A DNA stretch of 64,000 bases from a virus (IMGVR_UViG_2937884906_000001:15842-79841); one strand, 5' to 3'; shown: positions 19,333-29,612, numbered from the stretch's first letter. Notes: generated by a model from the sequence alone, not told the origin. Numbers and translations are program-made.

Positions 19333-22300
19333 ATCTTCCCAGAGTTGATCGCCTTGATCAGCGAGCGGGTCACGCCACGGCGGCGGATGTCGTCGCTGAT
19401 GTACGCCACGACGTCGTCGGGCCCGAGCTGCGGCTTCTCTTCCGGCAGGACCGCCCACACGTTCACCGGCCGCTGATCAGCCGGCTGTGGGGCCGGAAGG
19501 GTCGGCATCCCGGCGGAGATCCGGCGGTTACCCAGCGCGTTCACTTTCTCCAAGGAGTCACGGCCGATCTGATTGACCGCCGAGGCACGCAGGATCATTT
19601 CTCCAGGCATCACTTTGCGGAGCTGGCTGTCGCGAAACGGCGTGGTGCCGCCGGGGATCATCTCACCGTTGGCCGACCGCTTGACGCCCGCGATGTACTG
19701 GCCGGTGGCGGCGCCGCCAACGAGCATGCTGAAGAAGCTGCCGATGCCGGAGCTCGCACCGCTGCCGCCCATCAGACCTTGCAGCATGTTAAAGACCAGC
19801 GCCTTGGCAATCATCTGCATGAGCATCTGGACGACGGACAGGCCGAACTTCTTGAAGGCCTCGCCGGCCGACATGGAGCCTGATGCAAGGTCAGTGAACA
19901 AGGTGCCCATCGAGTTGGCGATGCCGTCGAGCGCCTGGCCCCAAGCCGCACCGGCCTTTTGAGCCGACGAGATCATGTTGCCGTTCGCATCCATGATGCC
20001 GTTGCGCTGCATCCAGGCGCGGTTCGCTGCCTCGATCGCATCCTTCAGTGTCATCTCGCCCTGGGCAGCGGCCTGGGTGTCGGCGGTGGACTGCCGGCGT
20101 ACGCCCGTCAGGCTCTGCTCGACCGAATACTGACGCTCCTTCAACGCTTGGACGATCTGGCTGTTGGCGCCATACTGCTGCTCGGCCGCGGCTACCTGCT
20201 GGAGGATGTAGGCGTGGAGCTGCTCAAGCTGGTTCAGACGCTCCTGCTGAGCGGCCTGCTGCTGGAGCTGCACATCGTGCTGCGCATCCTGGACCTGAGA
20301 GTCAGTGTACTTGCTCGCATAGAGCGGGTTCTGCATTGCCGAGAGCTTGGCCTGCGCCTCTTCGAGCGGTTTGAACTCCATGTTCTCAATGGATTGCTGG
20401 TAGCGATCGAGCAGCGTGACGATCTTGCCGCCCAGGCCGCTCTCCAGTTGCTCCTTCAGGGCGGCCAGACGTTCATCGAAACCATCGGTGCCCTCATTGG
20501 CTTTGGTGAAGGAGTCGATCTCCTTCGTCGCCATGTCGGCCCACTTGGTCTTGACCTGATCGATGATCGACTGAAGGGCCTGCGGGTCCTGCGCCTTGGA
20601 CGACTGGACCATCAATGTGTTGATCTGAGCCTCGATCGCCTTGGCCTGGCTGTCGAGAAGCTTGGTCGCCGCCTTGACTTGGTTCTTCTGGATCTTGTCG
20701 GTAGCCGAGCGCATCGCATCGCTCGCACCTTCGGTCAGGTTTTTGGTCTGCGTATCCAGGGCATCGTCGGCCGCGTCGACCGGCTTCTCCACCATGTCCT
20801 TGACCTTGGCCAGGTGCTGGCTGGCCTTGGCCATGATCATGTCGAGGAACTGCTGGGCGGTCTGCGTGATGTTGCCGCCGTTGCCCGCGACGACATCGGA
20901 ACCCAAGACGGCCACTGCGTTGCCGTTCGGGTTCTGGACGGCTTTCTGGTAGCCAGATTGGCCGAGCAGGTGCGAGCCGTAATAGTCCTGGAAGGAGAGC
21001 TGGGTGGAGCCCATTTCCTTTTGGGTACGCAGCATGTCCTGGATGCCGGCGTAGATCTGCATGTCGACGCTGCTGCGGTCACCGGGCGCCAGGCCATGGC
21101 TCGCCCAGTTCGCATCCGTGTTCTGATAGATGCCTGCGGCGGTCGAGCCTGGGTTCTTGGCGTTTGGTTTGAAGCCACTCTCGAATGAGGCAATGGCGAG
21201 CGCGATTTGCGGCGGGATCCCGGCCTTGTTCGCGGCCTCAATGATCTTGCGCTGAATGTCGTTGGCGCTGGCCGAAGGCAGGCCGCCCACGGCGAACGAG
21301 CCATAGTCCTGCGAGACGCTGATCCCGGCGATCTGGCCGGCGAGCTCCTGAGCCTTCTTGTTCAGCTCGTCCAGCTTCTCCTTGACGGTCTTGATGTAAT
21401 CCGCGGTGGAGTTGTTATCGATCGACTGGGCGAGATTTTTCATCTCGTCCTGAACGCGCTTCAGCTGGTCGTTGAGGTTGTCGTCGAACGTCTCGTTGGC
21501 GACTTTGGCGAGCTCGGCCCGCTTCTCGATCACCGACTGGACGAGATCATCACGGCGCGTCTTAGCCGCGTCACGGATCTGGCGCTTGGCCAACTCCAGA
21601 TCGGCATCGTTGCCGCCGACATTCTTGTCGGGGTCGGCGTCAAAGGCATCCTGCTCCAGCTTGGCCAGTTTGCCGTCGAGGGCGTAGAGCTGGTTCTCAA
21701 GCAGATCGACCTGACGTTCGTTCTGAGCATCGCCCAACTGCTTCTTGACCGCAGCAACCTGGCGCTCGACGTTCTTCTGCTCCTGCTCGGCCATGTAGGC
21801 CTGGAACTTCTTGAAGGCCTTGACGGAGCCCTCGGCGCCTTTCTTGAACTCGCCCTGGAGACCAGCGATGTTGGTCTTTAGCTCGCTCCCATCGACGGCG
21901 TCCTTGATCTCCTTGTCCGAGAAGTCGCCGGACTTGCGCATCTCATCGGCCGCGGCCTTGAGACCCTCGTTGATCTTCTCGATACGCTTGTCGAGCTCGG
22001 CCTGAAGCTCGTCGTAGGCGGCCTTCGTCTGCTCGATCGGCAGATCCGATTTGATGATCTCGCCCAGCCTGCTCGACAGCCAGCCGGTGGTCTCGGTCTT
22101 GAGCCTGTCGGCCGTCTGGTAGCCGGGAGTGCTCTGGAGCGTTGCAGCGGACTGCTTCGAGACCTGGACGGTGCGGTCGGCTTTCTCCGCCTGGATCTGC
22201 ACCAGATATTTGGAGATTGGATCAAAGCCTTCCCGCAATGACTTCAGGAAGTCGAGGTTCTTCTTCAGGGTGGCGAGCTGGGTGCTTTCACCTTCGGAGA

Positions 22301-24764
22301 GGTCGCCGCCGATACCCATGAAGCCATTGCGGGCATCGAGCGGCTTGATCTTTCGCTCGGTGGACAGGATCAGGCGCTCCAACATGACCCCCAAAGCCTG
22401 GGCCCGCTGCCCGTCGACTTTGTCCAGGTCCGTTACCTGGTTGGTGGATATCTTGAAGGCGTCGGCGATGTCCTTGCCAAACTCCTGGGCAACCTTGTCG
22501 TTGTAGGAAGGAATGTCCCGGGTCTCGACTGCGCCACCGACGCCGAAGCGCCGAGAAGCACCCAAGGAGGCGGTCCAGTAGCTATTGCCACTCGCCTGAT
22601 CACTGGCGGCTTCACGCAACAGTCCAGTCTTCTCATCGATCTTGTCGACCAGTAGGCCGAACTGTTCGGGCAGACCCTTGACCATCTCGGCTTTGAGGTT
22701 CTGCATGGCCTTGATGAGGTCAGCGACAGAGGACGAAGAGGCGTCGATCTCTCCGGTCAGTTCCTGGAAGGTGGACAGCACCTCCATGACCTTCGTCTTG
22801 CGCAGCATGTCGCTGCCCGCGTCCAGGCTCTTCTGCTTCTGCGAGAGGTCGTCCAGCGTCGTGGTGAGGCTGGTGAGCCGGTCGGTGGTGTTGTCGATGG
22901 ACGCCTGATACTCGTTCTGTTCGGTTTTCAGCCGGTCGAGCGTGCTCGCCACCCGGCCAGCCGTGTCGCCATAGGCCGAAAGGGCCTGCACCACGCCGAG
23001 CACGATCGTGGCGCCCAGGAAGATCGGGTTGCCGAGAGTGGCAGCGCGCAAGACCGTGAAGGCACCTGCCGCGCCGGTCGCCGCCGTGCCGAGACCAATG
23101 AGGCCCGCTACCAGCCTGCCGAGCTTGACCAGGAGAGCGGCCGAGACCAGCGTTGCGATCGCAGTGCCGACAATCTGCACGAGGGGCTGAAGTTCCCGGA
23201 GCCAGGCGATCACGCTTGACCCAGTTGAAACGGTGTTCTGCAGAGTGCGGATGAACGGCTGGAATGCGGTGTAGACCAGGGCGCCGAGGTTCGACCCGAA
23301 GTTCTTCGCCGTGTTGGCGAGCGACTCCATCTGGGTCTGGTTCGCCTCGGCCGCAGCGTTGGTCAGAAGGAAGGACTGCCGGAGCTCCGACATCGTGTCC
23401 AGGTTGTTTGCGAGTGCCGTGTAGGCGGCGGCGGCACGCACCTCGAGACCGTTGAACGCGCTCGACGTATCGAAGCCGGCGTTCTTGAGGTTCTCCAGGA
23501 CGCCCGAGAGGCCGTGTGATTTGAGATCGATGTCCTCCAGCGACAGGCCGAGACGGGAGAGCTCGGCCTTGAGGTTCTTGGAAGGTGTGATCAGGTCCAC
23601 CAGGAGCTGGCGCATGCCGGTGCCGATGGTCGAGCCGGATCTGATGCCGGCGTTGGCCATCGCGCCAACGGCAGCAGTCAGTTCGTTGTAGCTGACACCC
23701 ACGGTTGCCGCGGTGTTGCCAGCGTACTGAAGGGCGGCCGACAACTGGTCGAGCGTCAGCTTGCTCTCGTTCAGAGCAGCGGTGAAGACGTCGGCCAGGT
23801 GGCCCGCCTCGCCCGCCTGAAGACCGAAGATGTTCAGAGAGCTGGTGACGAGATCGACGGCGTCCTTCAACTCAGTGCCGGCAGCGGTCGCCAGCTTGGC
23901 CACCGGTTCGATGGCCTCAGAGACCTGCCCAGCCGACATGCCTGCTTGGCCCATCAGGGTCGCAGCTTCGGAGATCTCATTGGCAGTGAACTTGGTCTTC
24001 TCCGACACCGAAAGGAGCCGATCCTCCATCAGCCCCATCTCGGCGTTGGTGGAGGCAGTGATGGCCTGGAACTGCTTGAACTGCTCGTCGAGGTTGACGA
24101 TGAAGTTTCCGAGGCTGAAGGCCGCGCTGTAAGCGCCACCCACCATGGCGTAATTGTTGAGGATGCCAGCCTGGGACAGAAACTGGTTGGCGCCGCCATT
24201 CAGGTTCCGGCGCTCGCTCTGCTTCTGGAAACCATACGCAGCGTCACCCAGCCGCGCGCGGTTGTTGCGGTCGGTCATCCGGTTCCGGAGCAGTGTCTCT
24301 TCGCTCTCCAGATTGGTGAGCGACCGCTTGACCGCCTTGAGGTAGGTGGAGTTGACTTCGTCGAGATACTTGCCCACCAGCTGGTTGGTGGTCGACTTCA
24401 TCTCGGAAATTTCGCGCTGGAAGGCTGCACGGTTGGCCTGGGACTGCTCGGTGCCCAGGGCGTAGTCTCGAGCCACGGCGGCCGGCGCCGAACGCTGCCG
24501 ATTGCGGATCTGGGAAAGGCGGGCCTCGTGGGCGGCTGTGTCCTGGCCCTGCTTGCGCAGCGAGGCCATCTCGCTCTCAAGCTTCTTGATGTACGAGACG
24601 TATTCCTGTGCCGCCTTGCGCATGTTCTGTTGAACCTGCGTGGAGTTGACGGCGAGGTCGTCACTGAACGTTTTCAGTTTGTTGCGGAGCTGATCGATTT
24701 CTCGAAGACTGTCCTGCAGGTCGATATCGACGTCATACAGGATGTCATTCTGCTCAAGCGCCAA
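19329..24764 (-). CDS. Tape measure protein (TP901-type N-domain) with lytic transglycosylase domain
   Basis: 1811 aa helical; KTKFTANEISEA motif; IASFESGFKPNAKN..STAAGIYQ SLT motif. Confidence 0.92.
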   Translation of the reverse strand: MALEQNDILYDVDIDLQDSLREIDQLRNKLKTFSDDLAVNSTQVQQNMRKAAQEYVSYIKKLESEMASLRKQGQDTAAHEARLSQIRNRQRSAPAAVARDYALGTEQSQANRAAFQREISEMKSTTNQLVGKYLDEVNSTYLKAVKRSLTNLESEETLLRNRMTDRNNRARLGDAAYGFQKQSERRNLNGGANQFLSQAGILNNYAMVGGAYSAAFSLGNFIVNLDEQFKQFQAITASTNAEMGLMEDRLLSVSEKTKFTANEISEAATLMGQAGMSAGQVSEAIEPVAKLATAAGTELKDAVDLVTSSLNIFGLQAGEAGHLADVFTAALNESKLTLDQLSAALQYAGNTAATVGVSYNELTAAVGAMANAGIRSGSTIGTGMRQLLVDLITPSKNLKAELSRLGLSLEDIDLKSHGLSGVLENLKNAGFDTSSAFNGLEVRAAAAYTALANNLDTMSELRQSFLLTNAAAEANQTQMESLANTAKNFGSNLGALVYTAFQPFIRTLQNTVSTGSSVIAWLRELQPLVQIVGTAIATLVSAALLVKLGRLVAGLIGLGTAATGAAGAFTVLRAATLGNPIFLGATIVLGVVQALSAYGDTAGRVASTLDRLKTEQNEYQASIDNTTDRLTSLTTTLDDLSQKQKSLDAGSDMLRKTKVMEVLSTFQELTGEIDASSSSVADLIKAMQNLKAEMVKGLPEQFGLLVDKIDEKTGLLREAASDQASGNSYWTASLGASRRFGVGGAVETRDIPSYNDKVAQEFGKDIADAFKISTNQVTDLDKVDGQRAQALGVMLERLILSTERKIKPLDARNGFMGIGGDLSEGESTQLATLKKNLDFLKSLREGFDPISKYLVQIQAEKADRTVQVSKQSAATLQSTPGYQTADRLKTETTGWLSSRLGEIIKSDLPIEQTKAAYDELQAELDKRIEKINEGLKAAADEMRKSGDFSDKEIKDAVDGSELKTNIAGLQGEFKKGAEGSVKAFKKFQAYMAEQEQKNVERQVAAVKKQLGDAQNERQVDLLENQLYALDGKLAKLEQDAFDADPDKNVGGNDADLELAKRQIRDAAKTRRDDLVQSVIEKRAELAKVANETFDDNLNDQLKRVQDEMKNLAQSIDNNSTADYIKTVKEKLDELNKKAQELAGQIAGISVSQDYGSFAVGGLPSASANDIQRKIIEAANKAGIPPQIALAIASFESGFKPNAKNPGSTAAGIYQNTDANWASHGLAPGDRSSVDMQIYAGIQDMLRTQKEMGSTQLSFQDYYGSHLLGQSGYQKAVQNPNGNAVAVLGSDVVAGNGGNITQTAQQFLDMIMAKASQHLAKVKDMVEKPVDAADDALDTQTKNLTEGASDAMRSATDKIQKNQVKAATKLLDSQAKAIEAQINTLMVQSSKAQDPQALQSIIDQVKTKWADMATKEIDSFTKANEGTDGFDERLAALKEQLESGLGGKIVTLLDRYQQSIENMEFKPLEEAQAKLSAMQNPLYASKYTDSQVQDAQHDVQLQQQAAQQERLNQLEQLHAYILQQVAAAEQQYGANSQIVQALKERQYSVEQSLTGVRRQSTADTQAAAQGEMTLKDAIEAANRAWMQRNGIMDANGNMISSAQKAGAAWGQALDGIANSMGTLFTDLASGSMSAGEAFKKFGLSVVQMLMQMIAKALVFNMLQGLMGGSGASSGIGSFFSMLVGGAATGQYIAGVKRSANGEMIPGGTTPFRDSQLRKVMPGEMILRASAVNQIGRDSLEKVNALGNRRISAGMPTLPAPQPADQRPVNVWAVLPEEKPQLGPDDVVAYISDDIRRRGVTRSLIKAINSGKI

Positions 24765-25131
24765 CTTGACCCCCTAGCGTTTGGAACGCCGCCGCGAGTT
24801 GGTCCCAGCTTTCAATCACCTGGACTTCCTCGTCGTCAGTTTCATCATCGGAACCGCCGAGAGCCTTCGAGACGACCGTTGCCAGGTTGTCGAAGTGCTG
24901 CCCCAGTTCCGCTACCTTTCCTTCAGTGTTCAGCCGGACGATCGTGACGAGGTCTTTGTAGGTATGGCTCCAATAGACCTCGCGGAGATCGCTGGGTTTG
25001 ATCTTCAGCGTCCAGACGATTGCTTCTTCGAAGGAGAGCCCTGTGACCCAGTCAGTGAAGACGCGCCCTGATGCAGACCGTCGAGAGCTCCCTTGAGCTT
25101 CACCACCCGATCCATAGATCGTGTGAAAAAA
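24754..25131 (-). CDS. Tail assembly chaperone T segment (-1 frameshift extension)
   Basis: Open -1 frame from T-TTT-TTC (25131-25125) to the tape measure start. Confidence 0.65.
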   Translation of the reverse strand, partial: FFHTIYGSGGEAQGSSRRSASGRVFTDWVTGLSFEEAIVWTLKIKPSDLREVYWSHTYKDLVTIVRLNTEGKVAELGQHFDNLATVVSKALGGSDDETDDEEVQVIESWDQLAAAFQTLGGQVGA

Positions 25132-25418
25132 CCGATGGCATGATCCACCTCCCATGCCAGGAGGCCTTCCATGTCCGAAGCCGAGATCTCGACATCGTCA
25201 AGAGAAGCCAGTCGCTCCTTGATCTTGCCGCTCGGTGCGCGGTCATGGAGCGCCGTCAGCAGCACTTGTTCACGAAGCTTGGGGGCGAAATAGACGCTGG
25301 CCGCGGTGGCCGGCTCGCCCATCAGGGCGGTGATCTCGTTGAGCAATCCGAAGGACATGAAAATCTCACGCGGTTCACCGTTCTGATTAAGCTCGAACCG
25401 GTCCTTTAGATCGGACAT
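25005..25418 (-). CDS. Tail assembly chaperone G
   Basis: Position between major tail and tape measure; GGAG SD. Confidence 0.75.
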   Translation of the reverse strand: MSDLKDRFELNQNGEPREIFMSFGLLNEITALMGEPATAASVYFAPKLREQVLLTALHDRAPSGKIKERLASLDDVEISASDMEGLLAWEVDHAIGFFTRSMDRVVKLKGALDGLHQGASSLTGSQGSPSKKQSSGR

Positions 25419-25437
25419 AAAGTGCTCCTAAAATGTG

Positions 25438-25471
25438 AAAAACCTCGCCCGTGATGTAGTCACGGGCGAGG
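25438..25471 (-). terminator. Intrinsic terminator after major tail gene
   Basis: 12-bp perfect stem CCTCGCCCGTGA/TCACGGGCGAGG, with T-run on the minus strand. Confidence 0.85.
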
Positions 25472-25495
25472 CTTTGTTCTACGGAGTTTTGGAAA

Positions 25496-26290
25496 TTAGC
25501 GAGCCAGGAGGATCGCCTGGCCGTCGCCGTACTCCCCATAGAAGGGATCGGTCGTGACCATCTGGTAGGGCTGCATCTCGAACGGCATGTTCGAGAAGTT
25601 GTCCGACGCGAAGGAGATGCCCAGACCGCGCGTCACCTTCACCTTCGGCAGAAGGATGGTGAACGGCGAGTTGTCCTTCGGCAGGATGCCGGTGACCTTG
25701 CAGGCCAGGTCGGGCTGGGTCACGTTCACGCCGACATCGACACGCTTCAGGCGGCCGACGCGCGAGCCCACCGGGAAGGTCATTCCAGTCGGGATCTCGA
25801 AGCCCGCGGCCAGCGTGGCCGTTTTGGTCGCCTCGGTCCATTCATCGACCTTCACGACGTGGACGTAGTCGTCCTGGCCCTTCTGGATGAAGAGGTAGTC
25901 ACCGGCCACGATTGGTTTGGTCGGCGAGACCGCCAGCACGATGTCGGAGGCAGCGGCGGTCACCTCGGCGCTCAGGGCCGACAGTTCGTCCACGACGTCG
26001 AAGCTCGTGCCCGAGGCGTCGAGGCCGGCGGCGTACGCGATGTTCTTCGCGGTGAACTCGTAGACTTCGCACGAAGTCTTGAGGCCTTCGCCCGTGCGGA
26101 CGGACATCACAACGGCGTTTCGGATGCCCTGCGTGAGTTCGGTGTATTGGGCTTCGCCGGTCAGCTGGAAGTTCTTCACGAGGCCGATCGAATGTTCCAT
26201 CGGATTGAGCTGGTGAAGGTCAGCGAGGGGACCGAGCATGACGGTCGCCGTGGACAGCATAAACTTGTTCGTTTTGGCGTTACCGGCCAT
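25496..26290 (-). CDS. Major tail tube protein
   Basis: Synteny, GGAG SD before MAGNAK, beta-rich sequence, followed by terminator. Confidence 0.75.
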   Translation of the reverse strand: MAGNAKTNKFMLSTATVMLGPLADLHQLNPMEHSIGLVKNFQLTGEAQYTELTQGIRNAVVMSVRTGEGLKTSCEVYEFTAKNIAYAAGLDASGTSFDVVDELSALSAEVTAAASDIVLAVSPTKPIVAGDYLFIQKGQDDYVHVVKVDEWTEATKTATLAAGFEIPTGMTFPVGSRVGRLKRVDVGVNVTQPDLACKVTGILPKDNSPFTILLPKVKVTRGLGISFASDNFSNMPFEMQPYQMVTTDPFYGEYGDGQAILLAR

Positions 26291-26397
26291 GGGGTGCTCC
26301 TTTTGGAAATCGGCGCAGAATGATCTTTCAATCGCGCTTGTTAGGTGGGCACCCGCACCTACATGAGCAATCAACCTGTGCAGCATAATGGTGTAAA

Positions 26398-26589
26398 ATG
26401 AAGCGCATTACCGTGAATGTCGACGACGAGTTGAAGGAGATCCTGGAGCGCCGTGCTACCTTTCTTCGGCGTTCCTTGTCTGCTGAGATCGTCACGCTTG
26501 TTGAGACGGCTCTCGCTCAGGAAGACGAGACCAATCGGGCCATCCTCCAGGCTCACTATGCCATCGGATCGACCAGCGCCTCGGCCTGA
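26398..26589 (+). CDS. Arc/CopG-like ribbon-helix-helix regulator, antisense to the late operon
   Basis: MKRITVNVDDELKEILERRA...RSLSAEIV. Confidence 0.75.
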   Translation: MKRITVNVDDELKEILERRATFLRRSLSAEIVTLVETALAQEDETNRAILQAHYAIGSTSASA

Positions 26590-27005
26590 ATGAACTGCAG
26601 CGCTCTTGTATTGGCCTTGGTCATCGGGGCGACTGATGTTCCATCAACGATCTTGAGCCAGCTGTATGGCTGCTCCGTTTTGCTGTCGAAGACCGACAGC
26701 CGCGTTCCGCTCTTCAGAGACTTGAAGAGGAAGTCCACCATCGCGCGGTGGACAAACAATCCATCGTCCTTGAACGAACCGACGCCGATCACAAACGTTG
26801 CGCTGTAGATCCCATTGGACAACTCGTCGATCGCCAACGAGGCTGGACCGATCAGGTGGAGAGCCGGCGCTTCTTCGATGTTGGCGTGCGCCTCCCAGTC
26901 GAACATCTGCATGCTTTCGAGCGGCGTGATGTCGTTGGCGGCTATCATCTGGATCTGCTGGTTGACGTAGGCCGCGACCGACGTCCAAACATTCATGTAG
27001 GCCAT
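26556..27005 (-). CDS. Tail terminator/completion-like protein
   Basis: Position immediately upstream of major tail. Confidence 0.55.
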   Translation of the reverse strand: MAYMNVWTSVAAYVNQQIQMIAANDITPLESMQMFDWEAHANIEEAPALHLIGPASLAIDELSNGIYSATFVIGVGSFKDDGLFVHRAMVDFLFKSLKSGTRLSVFDSKTEQPYSWLKIVDGTSVAPMTKANTRALQFIQAEALVDPMA

Positions 27006-27007
27006 TC

Positions 27008-27982
27008 TCAATCTCCGTATTTGCGGCTCTTGCCGATCGAGTATCGGTTCAAAGCCTTCGCAACCGCGGCCGGTACCCTCTTCTGGAAGAAGTACGCCAA
27101 GGACGGCTCGAGCATCGGCCTGTAGAAATTCATGCTCTGGCTGGTGCTTGGGTTGTGGACCGAGCCGATCTTGAAGCCGCTCTTGTTCCTCTTGAGGATG
27201 CGGTGACGATCGATGACGCCGCCCTCTAGCTTCTTGATTGCGCTCTCACTGAGGCCCATCAGGCGGGCCAGCACCGGCATGTTGCCGGAGGTGCTGATAT
27301 CCTGGTTGAATGTCTTCTGGTTGAGGACGGCGTGCGCGACGTTGACGGGCGCCCCCGCCAACAGGTTGATGCTGATGTCGGCAATCTTGTAGACGCGCTT
27401 GCCGGTGTCGCTCTCATAGTAATAGGGGCGGATCGTGACGCACCCATAACTGACCGTTCCGGTGCCGCCCGCAGCCTTGAAGCCCTTGTTCAATCCCACC
27501 ACGCCGGGGCCTGCCTTGGCTCGGATCTCGGAACGCAGCGCGGAAGTGTGTAGGAAGAACTTGTCCTTGTTGGCTGTCTTCTTCCGCCGGGTGATGTTGG
27601 CCAGGTTGCGCCAGTCCAGCAGAATGCCGGCCTCGTCGAATTCATCAATTTCAAGGGTTGTCTTGCCCCCATACTCACTCTCAGAGCGTTGACCGATCAG
27701 CTCCGTGCCAATGAACTGCCCGATCTTGCGCAGCTCCTGGTCGATGCCATCAGAGATCCGCTTCGCCAAAGTCTCAGCTTTGGTGCTGAAGAAGTTGGCC
27801 CTGTTTGACCTCTCTATCGTCCTGGCCAGCTCGTTGGCGATGAAGCTCGGGATCTGCCCCATATCCGAGGTAGAAAACTGGTTCACCGACCGACCGATCG
27901 AGGCTGAAGCTAAACCACCCGGTACCCCGGAGCCGTGCTTGGTGATGGTGGCGGTGATTTTGGCCTTAGCGGATCTCGGCAT
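27008..27982 (-). CDS. Neck/tail completion-region protein
   Basis: 324-aa basic ORF coupled within the structural operon. Confidence 0.5.
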   Translation of the reverse strand: MPRSAKAKITATITKHGSGVPGGLASASIGRSVNQFSTSDMGQIPSFIANELARTIERSNRANFFSTKAETLAKRISDGIDQELRKIGQFIGTELIGQRSESEYGGKTTLEIDEFDEAGILLDWRNLANITRRKKTANKDKFFLHTSALRSEIRAKAGPGVVGLNKGFKAAGGTGTVSYGCVTIRPYYYESDTGKRVYKIADISINLLAGAPVNVAHAVLNQKTFNQDISTSGNMPVLARLMGLSESAIKKLEGGVIDRHRILKRNKSGFKIGSVHNPSTSQSMNFYRPMLEPSLAYFFQKRVPAAVAKALNRYSIGKSRKYGD

Positions 27983-28502
27983 AAGTCACCCCGAGGGCCG
28001 TATCGAGTCTTCGGACAATGGCGTCGTCGACCTGGTCCCCGAGCTGGATATGAGCACCGGTGACGATCCGGCGCGTTTCCTCCGAGAGGTTGGTCGCCGG
28101 CTCGGGATATTCCCTGCCCGTCATCTCAACCGTGCATGCGATCAAGCCGAGATCCTCGGCCGCCTGGCCGCGCTTCAGGCCCGTGAGAGTGTCCGTCTGG
28201 CTCGCGTGTCGCTTCCAGACCAGGTCGGCCAGCACCTGGAATAGCCTGAAGGTGAATTGTTCGCCGTATGGCGAGTAGCCGTTGTTGGCGACGATGAAGC
28301 GCCGGTTCTGCTCATCCAGGATGATGTCGCGCGGCTTGACGACGCCCGCGGTGATCGTGCGGAGCATCAGCCGTGGCGATGAGAAGTCGTAGGTCGGGAC
28401 CTTGCCCTCGTCGACCGGCATGATGGTGCCATTGAAGGGCTGACCGTTTTCCTTGTAGATCAGCGTCTGGAAACGGCGAGCGGCTGTGTGGAGGCTGGCC
28501 AT
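27966..28502 (-). CDS. Head closure/adaptor-like protein
   Basis: Synteny; beta-rich 178 aa. Confidence 0.5.
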   Translation of the reverse strand: MASLHTAARRFQTLIYKENGQPFNGTIMPVDEGKVPTYDFSSPRLMLRTITAGVVKPRDIILDEQNRRFIVANNGYSPYGEQFTFRLFQVLADLVWKRHASQTDTLTGLKRGQAAEDLGLIACTVEMTGREYPEPATNLSEETRRIVTGAHIQLGDQVDDAIVRRLDTALGVTYAEIR

Positions 28503-28505
28503 ATC

Positions 28506-29213
28506 TCACCCCGTGATCGGATCGGCGTCGGTCGTGGTGATCAGGATGGCGTAACCCGGGTCGATCACCGGGTTGATGATCGCCAGGGCGGCCGATAGAC
28601 GGCCCTCGGCGGCCTTCTTCAGTTCGGAGAAGTCCTTGCGGGCATTCCGCTTGAAGCTGAGCGCCCCGTCCGTCTCTTCCTGGGCCACGCGGTTGGAGAG
28701 CGAAGGAATGATGTCCAGCACGGCCCGGTACAGGACCGCCTCGTTCGCGCGCACCTCGGCCTCTTCGCCGGAGGTCAGGGCAGCAGCCAAGGTTGTGCGG
28801 GTGACCTGAAATTCAAGGTTCAGGAGCGCGGCCGAGAGATCGACGTCTTCGTCCGGCAGCTCGCTTTCGTTCACGCCCAAAAATGAGCGCACGTCCTTTG
28901 GCTGGACGGAGTAAAGGATTTTCGGCACCAGCCGATACGTCGTCACGGAGTCAAATGGGATGCCGCCCCGCTGGGCACTCACGCGCACAACGCGCCGGGA
29001 GAACGACGTGGAGATCTCGTTGTGCTCGGCGGGAACCGTCACGACCAGCACGGCGTCGGTCGGGCCGGTGGTGAGATCCTGCGTGAAGAGGACAGCCCCA
29101 TCCGGACCTGTCACCGACAGCACTGCCGTCCCGGTATCCGGGACGGCAGGCTGGCCGTTGTAGGTCAGGTTGACAGGAAGGGTTACATCCCCGCCGGCCT
29201 CAAAGGTACGCAT
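28506..29213 (-). CDS. Head-tail connector-like protein
   Basis: VRSFLGV..ELPD motif; synteny. Confidence 0.55.
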   Translation of the reverse strand: MRTFEAGGDVTLPVNLTYNGQPAVPDTGTAVLSVTGPDGAVLFTQDLTTGPTDAVLVVTVPAEHNEISTSFSRRVVRVSAQRGGIPFDSVTTYRLVPKILYSVQPKDVRSFLGVNESELPDEDVDLSAALLNLEFQVTRTTLAAALTSGEEAEVRANEAVLYRAVLDIIPSLSNRVAQEETDGALSFKRNARKDFSELKKAAEGRLSAALAIINPVIDPGYAILITTTDADPITG

Positions 29214-29557
29214 CAGGCTTCGTCTTCCGGGCTGGGGATTTCGTCTTCCTTGGCCTTCCGACCTCCGCGCTTCTTCTTGACCGGCTGGTCGACCGCCTCG
29301 GTGCCGAACTCGGCCATGAAGGCGTCGATCGCGAACTGCATGTCGCCTTCGGCCTCCTTCACGTAGGCGACGAAGTCTTCGTCGGTCGCCTCGGGCTTGA
29401 GCTCGGCAATGATCCGAACCTGGCCGCGGCCAATACGGTCCTGGATGAAATGGGAGTTCTCGACGACGCTGGGCCGGCGGGCATGAATGCGCTGGCCCTT
29501 GTGGGCCAGGTCGTGGAGCTGGAAAGAGCCCTTGGTTTCAGCAAGCAATTTGATCAT
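29213..29557 (-). CDS. Hypothetical virion morphogenesis protein
   Basis: Coupled ORF after the capsid terminator. Confidence 0.5.
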   Translation of the reverse strand: MIKLLAETKGSFQLHDLAHKGQRIHARRPSVVENSHFIQDRIGRGQVRIIAELKPEATDEDFVAYVKEAEGDMQFAIDAFMAEFGTEAVDQPVKKKRGGRKAKEDEIPSPEDEA

Positions 29558-29572
29558 GATTTTCCTCACACC

Positions 29573-29604
29573 GAAAAGAGCCCGCCGCCTCTAGGGCGGC
29601 GGGC
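29573..29604 (-). terminator. Intrinsic terminator after major capsid gene
   Basis: GCCCGCCGCC-TCTAG-GGCGGCGGGC with T-run on the minus strand. Confidence 0.85.
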
Positions 29605-29612
29605 CTGGGTTC

